Shown here piece by piece: positions 14,796-28,544 of a DNA stretch of 64,000 bases (positions within the stretch are counted from its first letter, which is position 1; each line of letters opens with the position of its first letter). Source of the DNA: Phoronis australis (taxonomy: Eukaryota > Animalia > Phoronida); the NCBI GenBank assembly GCA_002633005.1, contig NMRA01001012.1:6448-70447 (forward strand), in the 5' to 3' direction. The notes beneath the pieces were generated by a model that saw only the letters and a list, made by a program, of their open reading frames with translations, did not search any database and was not told where the DNA came from. Position numbers and translations under genes: made by a program.

Positions 14796-16544
14796 TTATT
14801 GAATGGTACTCCTAACTTTGACGTCGTTCTCAATGAAGTTTGGACACCATACATATGAACGAGCAACAGCTTTCATTTTCACAACCCCAATATGCCCGAA
14901 ATGCAATTCATTTATCACCTTATTTCTACATTTTGGCGGTATTATTACTCTTAATCCCAAAAATAAACATCTATTTTCTATTGTAAGCTCATTTCTCCTG
15001 TAGAAAAAAGGCTTCAATACTTCATCAGTTTCTGACAATTTGTTTGGCCAACCATCAATGGTATACCTCATAACTCTTGATCAAACAGGATCATTCCGCG
15101 TTTCCCGTTTTATAAGGTTATTTTCCACAGGCAAAATATCAACATGGAATACCTGAGCATAAGTTGGCTCATATTCATTTTCAGCTTGTTGACATTCTTC
15201 AGCTGGTAATCTAGATAAACAGTCCGCGTTGGCGTTGGATTTGCTATTACGAAATTTGATATCGTAGTTGAATCCAGACAAATACATTGCCCATCTTTGC
15301 ATTCTTTCTGCTGCTAAAATAGGTAAGTCGGTTTTTGGACCAAAAATCGCAACAAGTGGTTTGTTGTCAGTAATCAGTGTAAATTTCCGACCATACAAAT
15401 ACGGATAGAACCGTTTCATAGCAAAGATTATCGCCAATGTTTCTCTTTCCATTTGAGGGTATTTCTTCTCTGTTTTACTCAGACTACGTGAAGCAAATTG
15501 AGTAGGTCTTTCTTCACCATCTACAATGTGCGACAATACCGCACCTACACCTTCAGTAGATGCATCTGTTGCCACGGTTATTGGTAATTCTGAGTTAAAA
15601 TGAACCAGGAATCCAGATTCTTTCGATGCGTTTTTTGACTTTTGAAAAGCTTTTTTAGCTTTAGCTGTCCACTCAAACTTAGCGGATTTCTGCAACATTG
15701 CAGTCAAAGGTGCAATAAGTGTGGACATATCTCTTATGTAGCGTCTGTAGTAATTTAGAAGACCCAAATAACTTCTTAGTCCAGACACATCTTTTGGTAA
15801 TGGCATGTTCATAATCAAATCGACCTTTTTCTTAGCTTTATGAACTCCAGTTTTGTCAATAACGTGGCCCAAATACTCTACTGAATCCTTCATGAATTCA
15901 CATTTGGATTTTCTCAATCTCAACCCATATTCCTTCAATCGATCTAGAACTTTGTCTAAATTTTTCAAATGCTCTTCGTAAGATTTACCTGTAACAAATA
16001 TGTCATCCAGGTAAACTTGTACTCCTGACAAGCCTTGTAACACTTGTTCAACTGCATTTTGCCATAGAGAGGGTGCACTAGTGATTCCGAAAACAAGACG
16101 ATTCTGAGTGAACAACCCTTTGTGTGCCGCAATTGTCAAATACTTTTTTGATTCGTCAGTAAACTCCATTTGATTGTACGCATGAGCTAGATCCAATTTC
16201 GAAAAACAGACCCCTCCTCTTAAATTAGCTAAAATTTCCTCAATATTGATATTGGGCGGTGCCCTTGGTTTGAGATTCGGATTTACAGTAGTTTTGTAAT
16301 TTCCGCATATTCTCACAGAACCATCAGATTTCTCAACAGTGACAATGCTTGTGCTCCAATTACTATGTTCAACAGGTGTAAGAACGCCACATTTAACTAG
16401 TCTATCTAGTTCTTCATCAACTTTCGGTTTGACCGCAAATGGCACCCTATACGGTTTACTTCTTACAGGCATGCTCCCTTCCTTCAACTGAACATCGGCC
16501 TTAATATTCTTCAAAGTGCCTAATTTTGTTTTCAGACAAATCAC
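14796..16544 (-). pseudogene. pol: Gypsy pol (RT, RNase H, partial integrase)
   Basis: ORF 15081-16544 (SVRICGNYK, KLDLAHAYNQM, VYLDDI, TDAS) continues in frame through one TGA at 15081-15083 into ORF 14796-15071. Confidence 0.9.
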
Positions 16545-17799
16545 TATGTTTGTTTAACACTAGCTCAAGTGAATGAACTCTGTTGGCAGACAGCACATGA
16601 CTCCTATTAGACAGTAAGTCACCCCAATTGAGTTTCAAATGAGTTAACCATGACCTGCCTAGTAAATTATGTTTACACTGCTTGACAACATGCAACCACA
16701 GATCACAGGACTGATCTTCGTACTGGACATTTACAAGAAACTTACCTACAGGTTTAACAATCTCACCCGTGAAACTTGTAAACACTCGCTTAGATGGCTT
16801 CAATTCACTTTCGTTTTCAAACAGACTTACATACAAATCATATGGTATGATGGAGTCATGGCTGCCAGAGTCCATTTCCATCTCTAGATAATGACCACCA
16901 ACATTTAGTGTCACGTAGATAGCGTCATCTATTCCCGTGTTATTTACGCTATATTCTGTGTCGCTGTCCTCGCTGCCGTTTTTGTCGCCTCCGGCTTGGA
17001 GTATACGTCTCGTGCTAGGTTGTCTCCCACATGCAACTTTAATGTGCCCCTTTTTCTTACACTTGTGACACGTTGAATTCTTGAACCAACATTCATCCGG
17101 ATGGTGTGAGGGCTTGGCACATCTGTAGCACTCGGTGATGGCTTTCCCCTTTGGTCTTGCCTTTGGATTGTCAACTCGCCGGATTTTCTGATCCCAATTT
17201 TTCCTTTTGGCCTTTACCACCTTTACGTCGGTGGAAGCTATTTCACCTTTCATGGTTTTGTTTTCCATGAAAGTATTTTCACTGGCTAAGGCGAAATCGA
17301 CAGTTTCATTAAACGTCAGTTCCTTTTCCCTTGACTTCTCAAGCAACTTTAGCGAAGTATGCTCATTAGCAATTCCGCTAATAAGTCTGTCCCTCAATTG
17401 TTCGTCCAGTTTATCACCAAACTTGCAGGTAAGACTGAGGTGTTTGAGCGCGATTACATAGTCCGTAATCGACTCACCTCTATTTTGGTCTCGTTTGATA
17501 AGCTTTCTCCTTTCCGCAATTGTCAGTCGTGGTCCTGCCAAGTGTTTCATCAGAGTTTCTTTTAACTCTCCGTATGTTTTCTGGTTGGGTTTGGCTGGGC
17601 TGACCAGATCCCGTACAATTCCATAATACTTCTTGCCAATGGAATGCAAGAACATTGCTGCCACTTGCTTCTTCGTGAAATCTGTTTCCCCATTCGCTTG
17701 TAGAAACAGTTCAAATCTTTCGAAGTAGCATTCCCACTCCTTGCTATCATCATATTCATTGGAGAACGGGGGCAGGTAACTTTGTGAGCTCGCAGTCAT
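16501..17799 (-). pseudogene. gag: Gypsy gag + aspartic protease
   Basis: 432-aa ORF with W..YFERF, LRDRLISG, CYRCAKPSHHPDEC, CHKCKKKGHIKVAC, MEMDSGSHDSII and LLGRSWL. Frameshift into pol at ~16520-16545. Confidence 0.9.
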
Positions 17800-17810
17800 C
17801 TCGTCGCCAC

Positions 17811-18045
17811 TGTTGTGTATCTTACTTTGTCAAATCAAGTAGACACTCCATGAACTACGCAGTGAAACGAACAGAATTGAACTGAAAACTGAAATGATTT
17901 ATTCTACATATCACAATAATATATATACACACAACTACATAACAACATATGATGCGTTACCTATGACACACTTCCTAAACTAGGAATCGCATGACATAAT
18001 ACCAAATAAACTACTGAACTCATAAACAATAATAACCTACAAACA
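17811..18045 (-). repeat. 5' LTR of the Gypsy element
   Basis: Minus strand TGTTTG...CAACA, followed after 1 nt by the PBS at 17800-17809. The outer boundary is inferred from where BEL coding sequence begins. Confidence 0.7.
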
Positions 18046-21000
18046 TCTTGTTATTTTGTGAATAAGTGCACACAGCAGGCTGCCAGTGATCCAGTGTTTG
18101 GAAGAGAAGCAGTGGCGGAGACACCCTCTATCAGGACGAATTCCACGACTAATCGAGGTATACAGAATATCTCTACGGACACCAAGCAATTCCAGGACAA
18201 GGGTGATTTTAGACCTTTATGTTTGTTTTGTAAACAAGAACATGATATTGACAAATATTTTTTTCTAGGTAAGCCCGTAAGTGAAAGTAAAGCCTTTTTT
18301 AAAGACAATCATTTGTTTTATGGCTGTTTGTGAAGAAACCATACGTCCAAGGGGTGCTTGAAGAAGAGAGTATGCGGCAAGTGTTCGAGACGTCACCCCA
18401 CCTGTCTGCACGACGATCAGACGATAGACGGCGGTAGCAAGAGTCAGTAGACCGATGTGAAGAATTCCAGTGCAGGTGAGGTCCATTGTGATGGTCAATA
18501 TTGCATGTCGACTGATATTAAATGAACTTCGATAAGCTATTCTTCCAGTAAGAGTTCGCCACGAATCTTCTAGTGTGGCTGTGGATACCTACGCGTTCTA
18601 CAACCAAAAAAGTACTGCCTGCTTCGTGTCAGATCAGCTGCGGGAACAACTAAGTGCTCCTTCTGTACCCACGAAGCTTCGTCTCAACACCATGCATGGA
18701 ACCTCCTTCGTTGAGTCGCAGATTGTCAGTGGTCTCACTGTGATAGACTGGGAAGGTCATAACGCTGTCCTGTTACCCAAGGCATTCTCACGTCATGAAA
18801 TACCAGTAAGTCATCGCCACATCCCGAGATCTGAGATTTTACGAAAATCGGTGAGTCTAGTGAACTTGGCTAGTCGTATTCCCGAGTTTGTACCTGACCT
18901 TGACATTGGTATGTTAATTGGTAGTGATTGTCCAAGAACTTTGAAACCACTTGATGTCTTTCCAGCGAGTGACCAGGGGCCATTTGGTGTTCGACTACGT
19001 CATGGATGGACCGTGAACGGACCAACCAAAGCTTCGGTTGAGAGCAACTATACAGTTTTGTGTAATCAGGTTGCAGTCAAGGATTTGAGCGTCACCGATG
19101 ATAAAACAGGCAAACATGATTACGACAAGATTCTCCAGGTGCTCGAGCGAGACTTCAATGATTCTAAAGGACTTCATTCCGACGAATGCAGCCTGTCAAT
19201 GGAGGTCAAACGGTTTATGGACATAGTAGAGGAGGGAATTCACAACCAAAATGGTCATTATGTGGTTCCAATGCCCTTTTGTGAACGCAACCACACCATG
19301 GCAAATAACAGGGTACAGGCCATGCAGGGAGCACTGTGGCAGCGAAAGAAGATGTTGCGATCCGACCGGTATCATCAAGACTACGTCACGTTTATGGTTT
19401 CCCTGATTGACAAAGGTCACCCCAAAGTAGTTCCTGATCACAAGTTATCTGATGCGCCAGGACGTGTTTGGTATCTGCCTCATCACGGGATATACCACCC
19501 TAGAAAGCCAGAAAAGATAAGAGTAGTTTTTGACTGCAGCGCTAAATATGAAGGAGTCTCTTTGAATGATAGTCTGCTTCAAGGACCGGATTTTGTTAAC
19601 TCTCTTGTCGGCGTGCTGGTACGGTTTTATGAGGAACCTGTGGTGATCGTAGGTGACGAAGAAACATAGTTCCATCAAGTTAGGGTACCAGAAGAACAGT
19701 GTGACTTTCTGCGCTTCCTGTGGTGGCCTAATAGGAATTTAAACTGTGAGCTGAGTGATTTTCAGTTGATAGTGCACATCTTTGGGGCTGTTTCATTGCC
19801 AAGTGTTTGTAATTATGTTCTGAAACGGATTCCCCAAGACAAAACAGTGTCGCAACGTGTCAACGAGACCATCCAGCACAATTTCTATGTTGACGACTGT
19901 CTGAAGTCAATAAAAAAGGAAGAAGGTGCCTTAGAATTGGTTAAGGAGCGTGCTCTTTGGGTGGATTCCGATTGACTAAGTTTCTCAGTAACCGCGCTGC
20001 GGTTATACGTTTAGTACCTCCAGAAGATAGATCGACTGTTGGGCAGGCAATTACTTTTGATGATGACAACATCCACATTGAACGAGCTTTGAGAGTCCAA
20101 TGGAACATCACGTCGGACGAGTTCCACTTTTCTGTCACCTTGACTTCCAAACCAGCAACACACAGAGGCATTCTGTTTACAATTTTGTCTATTTTGACCC
20201 CCTTTGATTTGTTGCTCCTCTTATCCTGCCGGCGAAGAAACTGCTACAAGACTTATGCAGGTCCACTTCTGTAGACTGGGACGACGAAGTTCAAGGTGAG
20301 TACAGTATTCTCTGGCAAAAATGGCTCTATGGTATATCTGCACTCCAGAATGTGACTGTTAGATGTTGATTGAAGCCTGTCTTGTTTGGTAAAGTCTCAT
20401 CATGTCAGCTTCATCTCTTCTCTGATGCCAGCACCGTTGGTTATGCGTCGGCCGCTTATCTGCGTCTGTACAACAGCGAGGGCCAGATTCACTGCTCATT
20501 CCTCATGGGCAAACCAAGGGTTGCACCTCAGAAAAGGACTGTGACTGTTCCCCGACTGGAGCTTACGGCGGCCACTGTCTCCATTTGTCTTAGTCGCATT
20601 GTGCTAAGAGATGTAAGGTACCTGATACTGTTACATGCCACACAGATTCCACAGCTGTACTGAATTTCATACGTAATGAGATCAAACGATTTCCTATCTT
20701 TATAGCAAACCGAGTGCAACAGATTCGTGACTTCTCGGAGCCTGAACAGGGGAGGTACGTCGACACCAGTTGCAATGCGGCCGACGATGGTTCAAGAGGT
20801 GTTACTACTCGGAGTTGTTTCTTCAACCAGAGGCGATGGCTAGACGGTCTAGAGTTTCTGTGGAAAGCCGAGAGCTATTGGCATGTTAAATCAACTGTTT
20901 TGCATGATTTGCCTCATGATTCTGATTTTACAGCTACTGTTGCAGCAGTCTCCGCTGATGGTGAAGATACAGGTGACGACATGGATCCGCTAAACGCCCT

Positions 21001-22075
21001 TATCTCCCATTATTCTAGTTGGTATCGCCTATGCAGAGCTGTTGTTTACCTTCTCCGACTGAAGTCATTCCTACGAAAACGAGCCAGGAAAAAGCTTGAT
21101 AACATTAGCAAAAATTCAAGCCGCCGAAGTTGAAGTTATCCGTCACGTACAGCGCAAGCATTTATGTCCGGAAAATGAGGTACTAAGGAAGCAACGAGAC
21201 TCCACTCAGTCAACGGTGAAGCCTGGTGTATCGCGGAAGAGGTCGGTTTTCAGCTTGGATCCGTTTCTAGATGGTGAAGACCTTATCAGGGTTCGTGGAG
21301 TTTGCATTTCTGCTTCCGGGGGGAGTGTTAATGCAGGCAGTGCATGTATATAGTTTCCCAATTTTCCTAGAGATGGCGTTCTCAATCTCCTAGTGCCTCA
21401 GTTATATTTTTAGGGCGTTGTCTCGGGGTTTAGTCATGATTTAAGCAATCCCCACCTTTCGGTGGTATTATTTCCATTGGTTGTGTAAGTTGACATACTG
21501 TCTGGGCCAATCAGCTTTCTAGGTTTTCGCGGAGTATTTAAACGTCCGAACATTACAGTTGCCTTATTCTCTCCTGGATTGTCATATGTATCGTGTGTTG
21601 ATTACCAGACTGTTTTTGAGGCAAACGCTGTAACTATACATTTGGTTATCGTTCAACGTTAGATACCGATTTTTTGGATAGCTGTACATTTGTAGCTTGC
21701 GTTTTGTCAGCTGTAGACTGGACTATTATTATGCAGACTCAGACATGCTGTTGCGTTGCAACCATTGTGCTTTTTGGTAGTCAATTATTATGTTTACGGA
21801 TTTCTTGGTGTATGTATGTTTCTGTTTTGTGAACTAGTTTTGCGGAGTGCTACAGTTGTCTATACGAGTTGTTCTGTCTTGGAACTTTAGGGGTTTATTC
21901 CGCCATGTTTTTTCCTGAGTTTGTATTTCCTCAAGTGCGGTTTCCATTAGACATTAATTAAACATTACGTAGAAGGTGTAACGATATCTTGGTGGTTGCT
22001 AGATGCTAATAGTATAGTTTAGACTTAGTAAATTAGACTGTTTTTTGTAAACGGTTCAGATAACCGATATGAACA
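18046..22075 (+). mobile_element. BEL/Pao LTR retrotransposon relic (partial gag, protease, RT, RNase H; integrase deleted) with PPT and 3' LTR
   Basis: AASDPVFG, CLFCKQEH, CSRRHPTCLH, LIGSDCP, WYLPHHGIYHPRKPEKIRVVFDCSA, SLNDSLLQGPD, FYVDDCL, LHLFSDAS and PRLELTAA. Coding stops at LIRVRG (~21299), then PPT GGGGGGAG and an LTR starting TGTTA at 21326. The LTR end at GAACA 22075 is tentative. Confidence 0.88.
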
Positions 22076-22171
22076 CCGATGCAATACGATGTATCAACGA
22101 TAAACGATGAACGTAATAAAGTATATCGAGTTGTAGACGCCTCTTTCACTATTGCATCAACGTTTGAGCAA

Positions 22172-22262
22172 CAATACTACTATTACTGCCATTACTACTA
22201 TTACCACTATTACTACTATTACTCGATATCATTATAGTTATCATCATTATTAATAATAATAT
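22172..22262. repeat. (TAC/TAT)n low-complexity microsatellite
   Basis: Read directly. It may be the tail of a decayed minus-strand LINE 3' end at ~22260-22740. Confidence 0.7.
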
Positions 22263-24090
22263 TTTTGAATTTAATAAACGAGGACAGTGCAATATGCACA
22301 ATACATGTTTAGCAAAGTGCTAAGACATCATGGTCCCCAAAGTTTTTAGAATCATCTCATTTATGATTCAATGTTTTCACTGGGCTTCACATACTGTACT
22401 GCGAGAGCAGTTTCAAAGGATTTTAAAAGGGTTCCGGTTTTCAGCCTTAACGATATCGTGAGAAACTTTTTTCAGCTGTGAATGCAGAGTAAGCCTATAC
22501 TTTTTAGAAACGAGGAGGTTGAGAATGATGGTCTTGTTTAGACTTGCGCCAACTTCAAAAATTAATTATTTCTGAACTATCGGCGGGCAATTGTTTGTAA
22601 ATATAACTATATTCTTCTGTAGGTTGCCACAAAGATTGGAATTCAGACCCCAATCATTAGATTGTGACTTACATCTAAACGTGAGGATACGCACCATTAA
22701 TCATTTTGGTCTCTTTTTGAAAACATTCCTTTTCAAAGAACAATGATGTGTAAGTTCAAAAATTGCGTTAACTTGCACTCTGGAGGCAGACCTTTTTCTA
22801 GAACTAGCGACTAATCGGTTATGGCTGCGGTCACCGGGTCATTAGAATAGCTGGTAACGTACATGCAAAACGAGCAACAATTTTATGTGGAACGGATCCC
22901 AGTATTCTTAGAAAACATAGTGATTTAACTGAGTGATTTCACATTGGTTTCATTGGAAGTGGATTGCATGGAAAAAACGGTCAACGTCGAAGTCAGCAAT
23001 GTTTAATATCCGCTTTACATGCGATGTATCAAAAGGGTTAATATATCAAATGTCCTTATCTGCCGACAACCACGGGTGTTGCTCACACCGAGTGGCAACA
23101 CAAAAAATGGCGCCTCATGAGACACGTGGCTTCACTTCAATTAATAGTAGAATGTCCAATCTTTGTCATTATTTGTATGTGCTTCGAACTATAGAACAAT
23201 GACCAAAAAGCAATTTTAATTCATGTTATATCTCAACAGATATTAGGAAGAGAAAGTGCATGTTTGTGTAGTCCGAAAGGCCGACAGTCAGCTTTTTTAC
23301 CCCTTTAAACTATCGACCTAGACTCGATTTTAGCAAAATGACCATGCCGTTTCAGAGTGCCAAAATACTTTCTATGTTGTCAGCTAGGCTTCTCATGTTT
23401 ACGTATACTCGTTATGATTTGATTTGTTGTCACCACCACTATTTCGGACAGGTTTGACATCATGGGAACAATTATATTTTTCAGCTTTTAAGAGTCACTC
23501 CATGAGAACGTCAGGCAGTTTGCAATATTCTGGGAACGTGACATGTCACGAACTTTAAATTTGATATAGTATACATATCACTTGGGGTGAATTAGTTTTG
23601 CCTTTCGTTACTTTGTAAATATACATGTATAACGTCTACCCATTTAGACCTACATAGAGGCCTATGTAATTCAAGCGCGGAAAATCGCTCACCACCCACA
23701 CATGGGTTCTGTGATCGCCTTTGACAAGATGTCTTTATTTCCGTGGACAGCACCTTTTTTAATTTACTCTTAAGCGAAGGCACTTCCACCGCTTTCACCT
23801 GTTTCATACTGCCACAAATGGAGGGCGGCAAAACAGAAAATATGATCCAATTTGGAAGGTGAGCTACGTAAGAGTTCAAAACATGGGCTGTATGCAGTTA
23901 CATAGACTTGACTATTTTTTCTCAGAAATCTTACTGTGATTAATCATACCATCTGAGAACCAGTTTCAGACGTATATGTGGTCTAAAACAAAAGTTAAAT
24001 ATGTGATTAAATGGAATATTCTTTCATAGCTTGTTTTTTAAAAAACGACTTGTATTCTAATGCTTACAACTAAGTTACTTATTTCAACAG

Positions 24091-24454
24091 GAACTGTGGT
24101 TGCTTGGAAAGCATGTGGCATCGGAGATGGGATGGTTTCGGAGAATCCTGCTTCTGATTAAAACCAGTAGAACTAGTGGTTGAGGTATGTCATGCTGCAT
24201 CCTCGAGACCTTTCACTAGTTTTAGGGCTCGAAAGACAAAGATGTTCCTGTGTCCAAAAGATGGCTGCAACAGCACTTTTGCCTTTCGAAACGAATTCGA
24301 GCAGCAAGTTAGCATGGGATGGCATGATGAACAGACAACAGCACTTGAAGATCATCGCTATGATGTGGGGAGGAAGTGGGCTGCCAAAGTCACTGGTATT
24401 GAAATATCAGGTGCCGGTAAATTTTTTAGTTTACCAAGAAACTACTCATATTAA
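24091..24454 (+). pseudogene. Decayed transposon-type exon with a C2H2-like finger (possibly Sola-type; family uncertain)
   Basis: Acceptor tttcaacag, then VVAWKACGIGDG, a stop, and FLCPKDGCNSTFAFRNEFEQQVSMGWH..D..RKWA. Confidence 0.35.
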
Positions 24455-25240
24455 AACCAATGAAAAGAACATAGACACACAACTATGAACTCAAGCTGGC
24501 ACATTTGATGGAATTTCAGTCAAAGAATCTGAGAAAGAAGGCATTAAGTGTGTTAACCGTTTTCCTCCGTTTGACAAATACCATGCAAACTCATGAAATA
24601 TGACGTCTCATTCGTAAAATGTAACAATGGTACATTTCTCGCATGTGCATTCGTGTCATGAACTCTCATGAAGTTAATTAAGTGCAAATTTCATCACTTC
24701 CTATGACGTACAACTATCCCAGCAAATCAGTTTATGCTATATAACAATTACAGACATCTTGTGTTGTTGTTTACTATCCCACTCATAGTGAAACCCTGTA
24801 TGCCAAATAGCTGTTCAGACTTCATTCATGTTTATGAGTTGGATGAAATCACCGGAACTCTCAATATTGTTGTTGTTTTGCACTCACAACCCACACATAT
24901 TTCTATTCACTATATATATTGTAGCTAGAGTTAATAAACTTTGTGTGTCAGTAGAAACTCAACGACTGTGTCAGTTTTTATGCTGCTCTCCATCGACTTG
25001 CTGTTGCTACCTTGTTAGCCAACTATCTAACGTTCAACCAAGAACCGGGTAACCCCATCTATACTTCCACTACCTATCCCCACATTAGTGGAATCCGTGT
25101 CTCCACATTGCTGATATTTCCATCAATTCGACCTAAATTGTAACAATTACATAAAATGTATCAACTTCTTACATTTCAAGAGAGGCCTAGCAACGTACAA
25201 TATAACAATGACGTAAAATGTAACAGTTGTTACATTTTAC

Positions 25241-25455
25241 GTAGAATATAAATTGGTAAATAAAACAACAAGAATGGATCAACTGAAATTTTCGGATGTA
25301 ATAACGTCCTTTGTCAACAGAAACAGAAATAAAGTAAAATCAAACACTAGATTTTACTTTACTTTATTTCTGATTCTGTTGACAAAGGACGTTATTACAT
25401 CCGAAAATTTCAGTTGATCCATTCTTGTTGTTTTATTTACCAATTTATATTCTAC
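25241..25455. repeat. Long near-perfect inverted repeat (arms ~100 bp, short loop)
   Basis: GTAGAATATAAATTGG...AAAGTAAAATC pairs with GATTTTAC...CCAATTTATATTCTAC, with one mismatch and a small indel near the loop. Confidence 0.95.
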
Positions 25456-25936
25456 ATTTCGTGAAACAAAAGTATCCTTGGGAGGATCTAGTTAGATTTA
25501 TTTTCTACTTTATTTTACATTTTACAAAATTGTAACTTTTTACGGCGTATCAGAGCCCCTCCACTTCTCAGACTTAATAATGATTGCTGTAATCCACTCC
25601 CAACTGAAGCTAAATCGTTCTTGAAACAAGTCCCAATGACAATGCCGATAAAATGGTTATTGATCAACCGAGAAAGAAAGTATGACCGCGGGTACCATTA
25701 TATATTCATTGTTATTGTTCTGTTACTGAATGTCGAAAGTAGTTCTGTCTTGCATGTTAATTGTCATACAAAACAAAGAGTGTGCTCGGCAGTTAACACA
25801 GGAACAAAACAACAGCGTATGAAAACCGGCGAGCCCAGACTTAATTGCGCATCCTAGCATCAAACAGATCAGTTAACTAAATCCATGGTTGGTTTCAACA
25901 GGTTCTAATAATCGACGCGCAGCTCCATCTCCCCGA

Positions 25937-26308
25937 ATGGTTGGTCTTGGAAGTGTTGTTTTAGCTTTTCTCGGCACTGGAATTTTGCGTGTAGCTTCTG
26001 AACCACAACCACTATACGGTAATGTTGTGAACATATGTGCGGCTTCGAAAACCTGTAAGGCGCGCGTCACGTCGGTATCTAGCACATTCGTGTCGACCTT
26101 TTATAGTTTGAAATCAGCTAGAAGCGACATTGAATGCACCTTAATTTGTAAAAGAGACTCAGAAAAATGCGTATCTGCTTTGTGGGATAATGCAGTCGGC
26201 CTGTGTTATCTGTACTCCCAACAACCCGCTACTAATGGCCACGTTCTTTCGTCAGCGGAAGCCTCGAACACTGAAGGTAGAAAACTGATATCGTTGGAAC
26301 CCAAGGTG
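25937..26308 (+). CDS. First coding exon: signal peptide + PAN/apple domain
   Basis: MVGLGSVVLAFLGTGILRVAS hydrophobic leader, then ARSDIECTLICKRDSEKCVSALWDNAVGLCYLY with PAN cysteine spacing. Canonical donor GTG|gtaagt at 26309 (phase 0). Confidence 0.7.
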
Positions 26309-26753
26309 GTAAGTTGGTTTCGTCAGAGCCTCACTAACAATCGCATGCACAGCCATGCTAGAGGTCGCAGAAATCTTGCCTTGCAATTTTTTTCATTGCC
26401 TGTATGTCACAGGTTTGGTTCTGGGGCGTCTTGTTCCACTGTCCATTGCGAGTTTCATTGACAGGCAAATCACTCAGTTATGCTTAAAATGTGGCATAAA
26501 GACGTTGAAACCTGAAAAACTGTAGATGCTTTGTTTAAAATTAATGTTTCAAAATAATATTATTTCAAATGTGGTTAATGATAACCACAATTATCTTTCC
26601 TGCTTGGTCACTCTTTCTAACCGAACACGTTTTTACTGATAACTGGCTCTGTAAAAACGTCAGCACTTTAGCAAGTTCCTCGGCATATGTTGCTTAGAGC
26701 ACTCGGAGTTATGTAAGACTTTATCAACAAGTATGTGCATTCAACCAAATATC

Positions 26754-26875
26754 AGGGTCGGATCCTGGATTTTGAGTTTAGGGGGGCCAGGGCAGACATT
26801 CAAACCCTCGAGCTGCTTAATAATTTTAGGATGGCCATGGCCACCTTGCCCCCTCTCCCCCTAAACCCGACACTG
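26754..26875. mobile_element. Short MITE-like insert
   Basis: Ends CAGGGTCGGAT / ACCCGACACTG with internal G-run and C-run subterminals. Confidence 0.4.
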
Positions 26876-28039
26876 CTTACGTAAAGTTTATGAGACTGGA
26901 CCAATTAATGGACTTTTTTACACACTTGCCAGAGTCGGAGAAATGAGTTGTGTGTCACGAGGAGGTGCTTTTAAAATCAGGTCGCCTCGCATAGCAAGGC
27001 GTCAGTGAGTTAAACGTAAAATTATCGCGGAGAAAAATGCCAGCGTAAAAAACAAGACGACATTTAGAACTGGCTCGGAGAGAAGTAAGCGATGAAATCT
27101 CTGTACTCGGCTATGATGTTTGTTCAAATGTCAAAGTAACTGAGTAACTTTTTTAGAGTTTTCTAAGCTACGCTACAGCCGGAAACCGGCGGGACCACCG
27201 ACAAGCGTTCTCTCAAGCAATAGCATTTCTAAAAATAACTCACGGCGTTAGTTTAATGTTTGAATACCACCTACAATCCTCTGTGAATCCTACAGATAAC
27301 GAAGGGCAATATCTTAACGCACACAAATCGTCTCCCGGTTTCTAAATAACGCCACTGTCAGAACTGAATAAGTCAGTGTATCACTCCACTAACCTTCAGG
27401 ATTTATGCCGGGGTATCTACTTGAGCATATGCACGTGTTGAAGTTTATTAGGACTGTTTCTCGATTGCTTTCCGCTATTAACTGTACGGTCGAAGCACAC
27501 ATAACTATTAGAATTAAAACATACAGTTATTGCTATATACTTGGGGTTCATGGCAACAAGGCCGTCCCGAATTACACAGCGACACTGGAATCTCGTTGTA
27601 TTTACCCACAATGTCGTAAGCATTCGTCAGACACATTTGCTGCCTCGTTTTCGAGCCACTAGAGTTTCATATGTTATTTGTTATATGTTATTCTTAACAA
27701 GTTTTTCTCGGTTGCATTTCTCTATTTGTTCTCCCTATGCTAACGAAGTATTAAGTGTTGTGATGTGGGCTGCAACACCGGCGTGAAAAAGTTTTATAAA
27801 TTGGACAAATACGCGTGGATGCGTGAGCTGAAATTACTTGCCTTCCCGACATTAATGAGAAACATGAAAGTGTGCCTGGTTTGAAAAACTAAATCACGCA
27901 CTTTATTATCTCCATAATAAGGGCGAATAAAAGTTATCTATAAATGCATAAATATATATCCTGTTGAGTGACAATATCTGACGAGTGCAGTTTTCAAATG
28001 CATATTATATGCTACTGTTACTGGGAAGCGAAACTTGTC

Positions 28040-28540
28040 AGTTCGCGTTTATTCCAGGAATCGTCATGAAAAATGCTTGGAAAACTATGCCTTGACATTG
28101 TTGTTGTCTATGCAGAGCAAAAAATCGTTATCACATAAATACATGCAAGGTTGATTACATTGAGCCTACTTCAACCGACATTACCACAGTGGCGTTTCAT
28201 ATTTTAATATTTAAATATCCTTTCCAAGAATAGTCATGTAAAAATGCTTGAGATTGTGCCTCGGAGATGTTGTTCTCAATACAGGGTAAAAATCGTTATC
28301 AGATAAATACACATGTACACAGACGTTCTCTTGTACTAAACAAGGTTGATTGCATTCAATTCAACTGACATTACAATAGTCACGTTTAAGTTTGCGTTAT
28401 TTCCAAGAATCGCCATGAAAAAATGCTTGAAATGCTATTCCCAGAAATTGTTGTTCACATTGCAGGGTAAAGAATTGTTATCAGAAAAATACAATTGCAC
28501 AAGCGTTCTCTCCTACTTGGAAAACTTGGTAACATTCCAT
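28040..28540 (+). repeat. Three diverged tandem copies of a ~170-190 bp unit
   Basis: Recurring TTCCARGAATCGYCATG..AAAATGCTTG..TTGTTG..CAGRG.AAA.AATYGTTATCA.A.AAATACA at ~28050, ~28220 and ~28400. Confidence 0.75.
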
Positions 28541-28544
28541 TCAA

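Larger units (their letters stand above)
14796..18045 (-). mobile_element. Ty3/Gypsy (Mag-like) LTR retrotransposon, 3'-truncated inside integrase
   Basis: 5' LTR, PBS TGGCGACGAG directly before the ATG, gag with two CCHC knuckles, protease DSG, RT YLDD, RNase H DAS/TDNKPL, and the start of the integrase zinc finger HIGVVKMKAVARSYVW. No 3' LTR seen. Confidence 0.93.
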
